DNA of 61,878 bases, counting the filler. It is 13 parts of 13 records of this genome, joined end to end, with 100 filler letters (N's around TTAATTAATTAA, not from the genome) between each part and the next. Parts side by side here need not be neighbours in the genome. Positions count along the whole stretch, not along the records: positions 58,879 to 61,878 come from SRR7504441_67903; 12 more parts are not named here. One strand, 5' to 3'. Both the position numbers and the translations under genes were made by a program. The notes beneath the pieces were generated by a model. That model had not been told where the DNA came from and made no database searches. It worked only from the letters and a program-made list of their open reading frames with translations. Below, piece after piece: positions 59,297 to 61,878 of this stretch (its first letter is position 1; each line of letters opens with the position of its first letter).

Positions 59297-61476
59297 TTAA
59301 TTACTCAGATACTTGTCACATCCTCGTGCAGAGGAGCCGTCAGCAAGCACCTGATTCGGTCCTGGCGATTGCGAATCGGGAGCATGATCTGGAGTCAAAC
59401 ACACCGCCGCTGACAGCCCGTAGAGTACAACGTTCTTGGTTGAGAACGCTTGGGGGAAACTGAGCAGTCCGATCTGGCTGTACCGTTGGTCTCGCTCCAG
59501 CCTGCTGATCCTCCCCGCATTGAGCAAGTGCATCGCGCCCGCCATCGTCTCGAGCTCATCTTGGTCTGCCACCGACCGGAGCAGCTGCAGCTGCTTTGGG
59601 CTGAGCGGGTCCCATCCGGCTGACCTGCGCGCCCGCTCAGTGCGCCGGCCAGGCCGGTGGGTGCCTGGGGACCAGCTGCTGGTGTTTGCTGAAGCAGCAG
59701 GTGCACACCTGCCGGAAGCGGCTCGACTGAATTTAGTGCAGCCAGCCACCAGGAAGCTGCATCCGTGCCGCCGGGCCAGTGCCAGGCTCAGATCAGCCAG
59801 CCCACCGCATGCATGCAGCCCGACCACCAGATGCACTTGCTCTAGGTCGAAGCTGCTCGCACATCGGTGCTCGAGTGTCAGGTTGGTCAGCCCAAGAGCC
59901 TCCGCAGACCGGCGGACCAACTCCAGCGCGCCATGATTCACATCCACTGCGGTCACCTACGGACAATCAGTGGAGTCAAGCAGGGCTGTGCCTGCAGCTT
60001 TGGAAATCTGTGCGCTAGGCGGAGCGCGAGGTCGCCCTTGCCTGCCGCGAGCTCAATTATGTACTATACTATACTAGCTATACCATACTATACTGTGCTA
60101 TGCTATGTATACGATGGGCTAGGGAGGGTCGCCCTTGCCTGCCGCGAGCTCAACTACGGAGACAACCCCGGGCCGATCGGTTAGGATCCGCTCGATCTGG
60201 CGCATCATCCAGTGCACCTGCTGCTTCTTCCGGTTGTTGTACAGCTCGCCACTCCGGTGGGCCCGTCGCCTCTTGCTTAGTCTAATGAAGTCCGACTGTT
60301 CCTCTGCGACCACTGGCCGACGAGCCGACGGCTCCATCTCGCCCCAACTCTCAGCCGCCTCCTCGCACTGCACCCAGCCTCGGCCTGGCTAGACAGCGGC
60401 TCACCGTCCGCTCGATCACCGGCCAGCGAGCAGCGACGTGGCTAAGGTCTGCGAGTGCGCGCCGCCATTCGCGCGCCTGCTTGGCTTCCTTGTTGGACCG
60501 TGGTACCGCTGCCGCCACCGCCTGGGGCCATCCCATCCCGGACCGCCGGAGCAGCAGGATCTCGAGCACAGTATGCACGTTCAGACTATCGTGCGCCACC
60601 TGGCCAGCCAGCGGGAGAGAGGCAGCCACCAGCCCAAGCTCGCTCGCCCGCCTCAGCGAGCAGCCCTTGGCGCCGCCCTCTGTATTGGCGTCCTCCAGCC
60701 CCCCAATCACCACTGCCGCTGCATTCTCCTCCAACTCGCCCTCGTACACCGCCTCGGCGTCCGGAGATAGGTAGACGCCCCCCGTGAGGTCGGGCGGCGC
60801 CTCGGACCACGCAGCCCCGGGGGTGCCGCGCTTGCAGCCGGGCCCCTTGAGCGCCAGGGCGGCCTGCTTGAACTGTTCCGAGTGGTTGACGAAGATCAGC
60901 TGGACTGGGCGAGGCCCAAACTCGTTGGCCGAGGCGCACTGCTCCAGCTGACGCGAGAGATGCTTGAGCTGCGCCCCAGACATCAGCTGCTCGTACCCGA
61001 GGTCCACGTACACGCGCAGCCCGCCCGCAGTCGCCGCGGCCAGCGCTGCCTGCTGCCGCTTTTTGAAACCGCCTGCCCGGCCCGGGTGAGCCCGCGTGGG
61101 GGCTCGGAGGGCGGCCTGCGCGGTCGAAACTGACCCGCGAGTTGGGCTCCAGCGCGAGGAGCTCGTTCAGCCGGCCGGTGTAGATCGCCCCCCAGTAGCC
61201 CGGCCGGCTGGCGGCCTGACGCAGCTTGGTCAGCTGCCGCTCAAAGCTCCGCTGCTGGGCGTTTGGAGCACTACTTGGAGCTTGAGGAGCGCTGCTGGCC
61301 TCCATCAATGTCCGTTGCCTGGACTGCACGGCCCTGACCATCATTCTGGAGGCCCGCCGTGCCCGGCTCTTCGACAGCCCCTCAAAGTCCGAGTACAAAT
61401 TGTGGGTGCTGTGTCGGCCGGGGTCGTGTCTACAGTCGTTCTTTTTGAGTATCTCCCACCCGGGTACCCGGGCCAT
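59297..61476 (-). CDS. Fusion of a Trm10-type SPOUT tRNA methyltransferase and a class I (GSTCD/Methyltransf_32-like) methyltransferase
   Basis: Trm10: VYVDLGYEQLM, LSRQL, VYLSPDAE, VIGGLED, SLPL, LNVHTVLEIL. Class I: RKKQQV, VVELAAGKGDLA, VTAVD, VVGLHACGGLAD, FSTKN. A 37-nt GT-AG intron (~60369-60405) joins them in frame. Confidence 0.8.
60042..60138 (-). other. 97-nt GC-AG intron formed by a 27-bp exon duplication plus (TATAG)n filler
   Basis: GGTCGCCCTTGCCTGCCGCGAGCTCAA occurs at 60030-60056 and 60127-60153. Splicing CAG|GC...CAG|GC restores ELAAGKGDLA. Confidence 0.8.
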
Positions 61477-61844
61477 CGCTCACTGCCCAGCGCCATTCCT
61501 CTTTTTTTTGACTCCGGATCAGCTTTAATTAAGCCCAGCGCCATTCCCAACGCTCAGCCCGCGCGCGCGGATTTTCATTAACCCTCTCCCTATAGAGATG
61601 GACGCCCGGGTAGAGTTAGGTCCGGGTAGAGTCAGCCCACTAGACAATTTATCATTGTAATAAAACGCCTTGATTTTAAAAAAACTGACAATGGGGTTCA
61701 ACACCGTGAACCATCAAACATATGACTTAATTAAAAGATGATCATAAAAGATGTGAACCATAAAAGATGTGAACCAGAAAGGCAAACGAAGTGTCTGAGT
61801 GCTCCAGCGTCCGCTCTCCCTTACCTCTCCCTCGCCCTTGCGTC

Positions 61845-61878
61845 TCACTTGCCTTTGCCTTTGCCTTTGCCCTTGCCC
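61845..61878 (-). CDS. C-terminal (GK)n tail of a gene extending beyond the window
   Basis: (TTGCCY)n on + translates on - as GKGKGKGKGK followed by TGA. Confidence 0.4.
   Translation of the reverse strand, partial: GKGKGKGKGK

Noticed and set aside
61577-61600. ATTAACCCTC / CCCTATAG resemblance to T3/T7 promoter vector sequence
   Set aside because: Only 8-10-nt partial matches, with no other vector sequence.
1-61878. tRNA, rRNA, transposase or viral genes; operon-like functional clustering
   Set aside because: None recognised by eye. Neighbouring genes are functionally unrelated and contig order is arbitrary. Most overlapping Arg/Pro/Ala-rich ORFs in the track are GC-rich shadows.

Overview
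Eukaryotic nuclear DNA, not prokaryotic. The window is 13 unrelated contigs (3-8 kb) joined by an artificial N44-TTAATTAATTAA-N44 spacer, so adjacency across spacers means nothing. The genome is GC-rich and gene-dense, uses the standard code, has very short spliceosomal introns (mostly 32-50 nt, several GC-AG) and has head-to-head gene pairs only ~70-140 bp apart. Gene content points to a flagellated, probably sexual protist (axonemal dynein heavy chain, CFAP107-like protein, MND1). Recognisable genes: Myb protein, kelch protein, SET/SMYD-like methyltransferase, CNOT4-like, PP2C, CLC, ZPR1, RNASEH2A, FHA-aldo-keto reductase, MED7, Kir channel, TCP11, MND1, mitochondrial-type TrpRS, ALDH, BPI-like protein, a large Venus-flytrap receptor and a Trm10/class-I methyltransferase fusion. 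The strongest novel signal is what looks like recent intron creation. (i) Six introns of one coiled-coil gene share a palindromic core, (CACC)TTCCTAATTAGGAA(GGTG); one is flanked by a 12-bp duplication spanning the splice site (introner-like). (ii) Two introns on different contigs consist of a duplicated splice-site-containing exon segment plus related (TATAG)n filler. Also notable: a scrambled dynein/pseudo-phosphodiesterase mosaic (biological or amplification chimera) and several unusual domain fusions. All intron and exon calls were made by eye, without transcript data.
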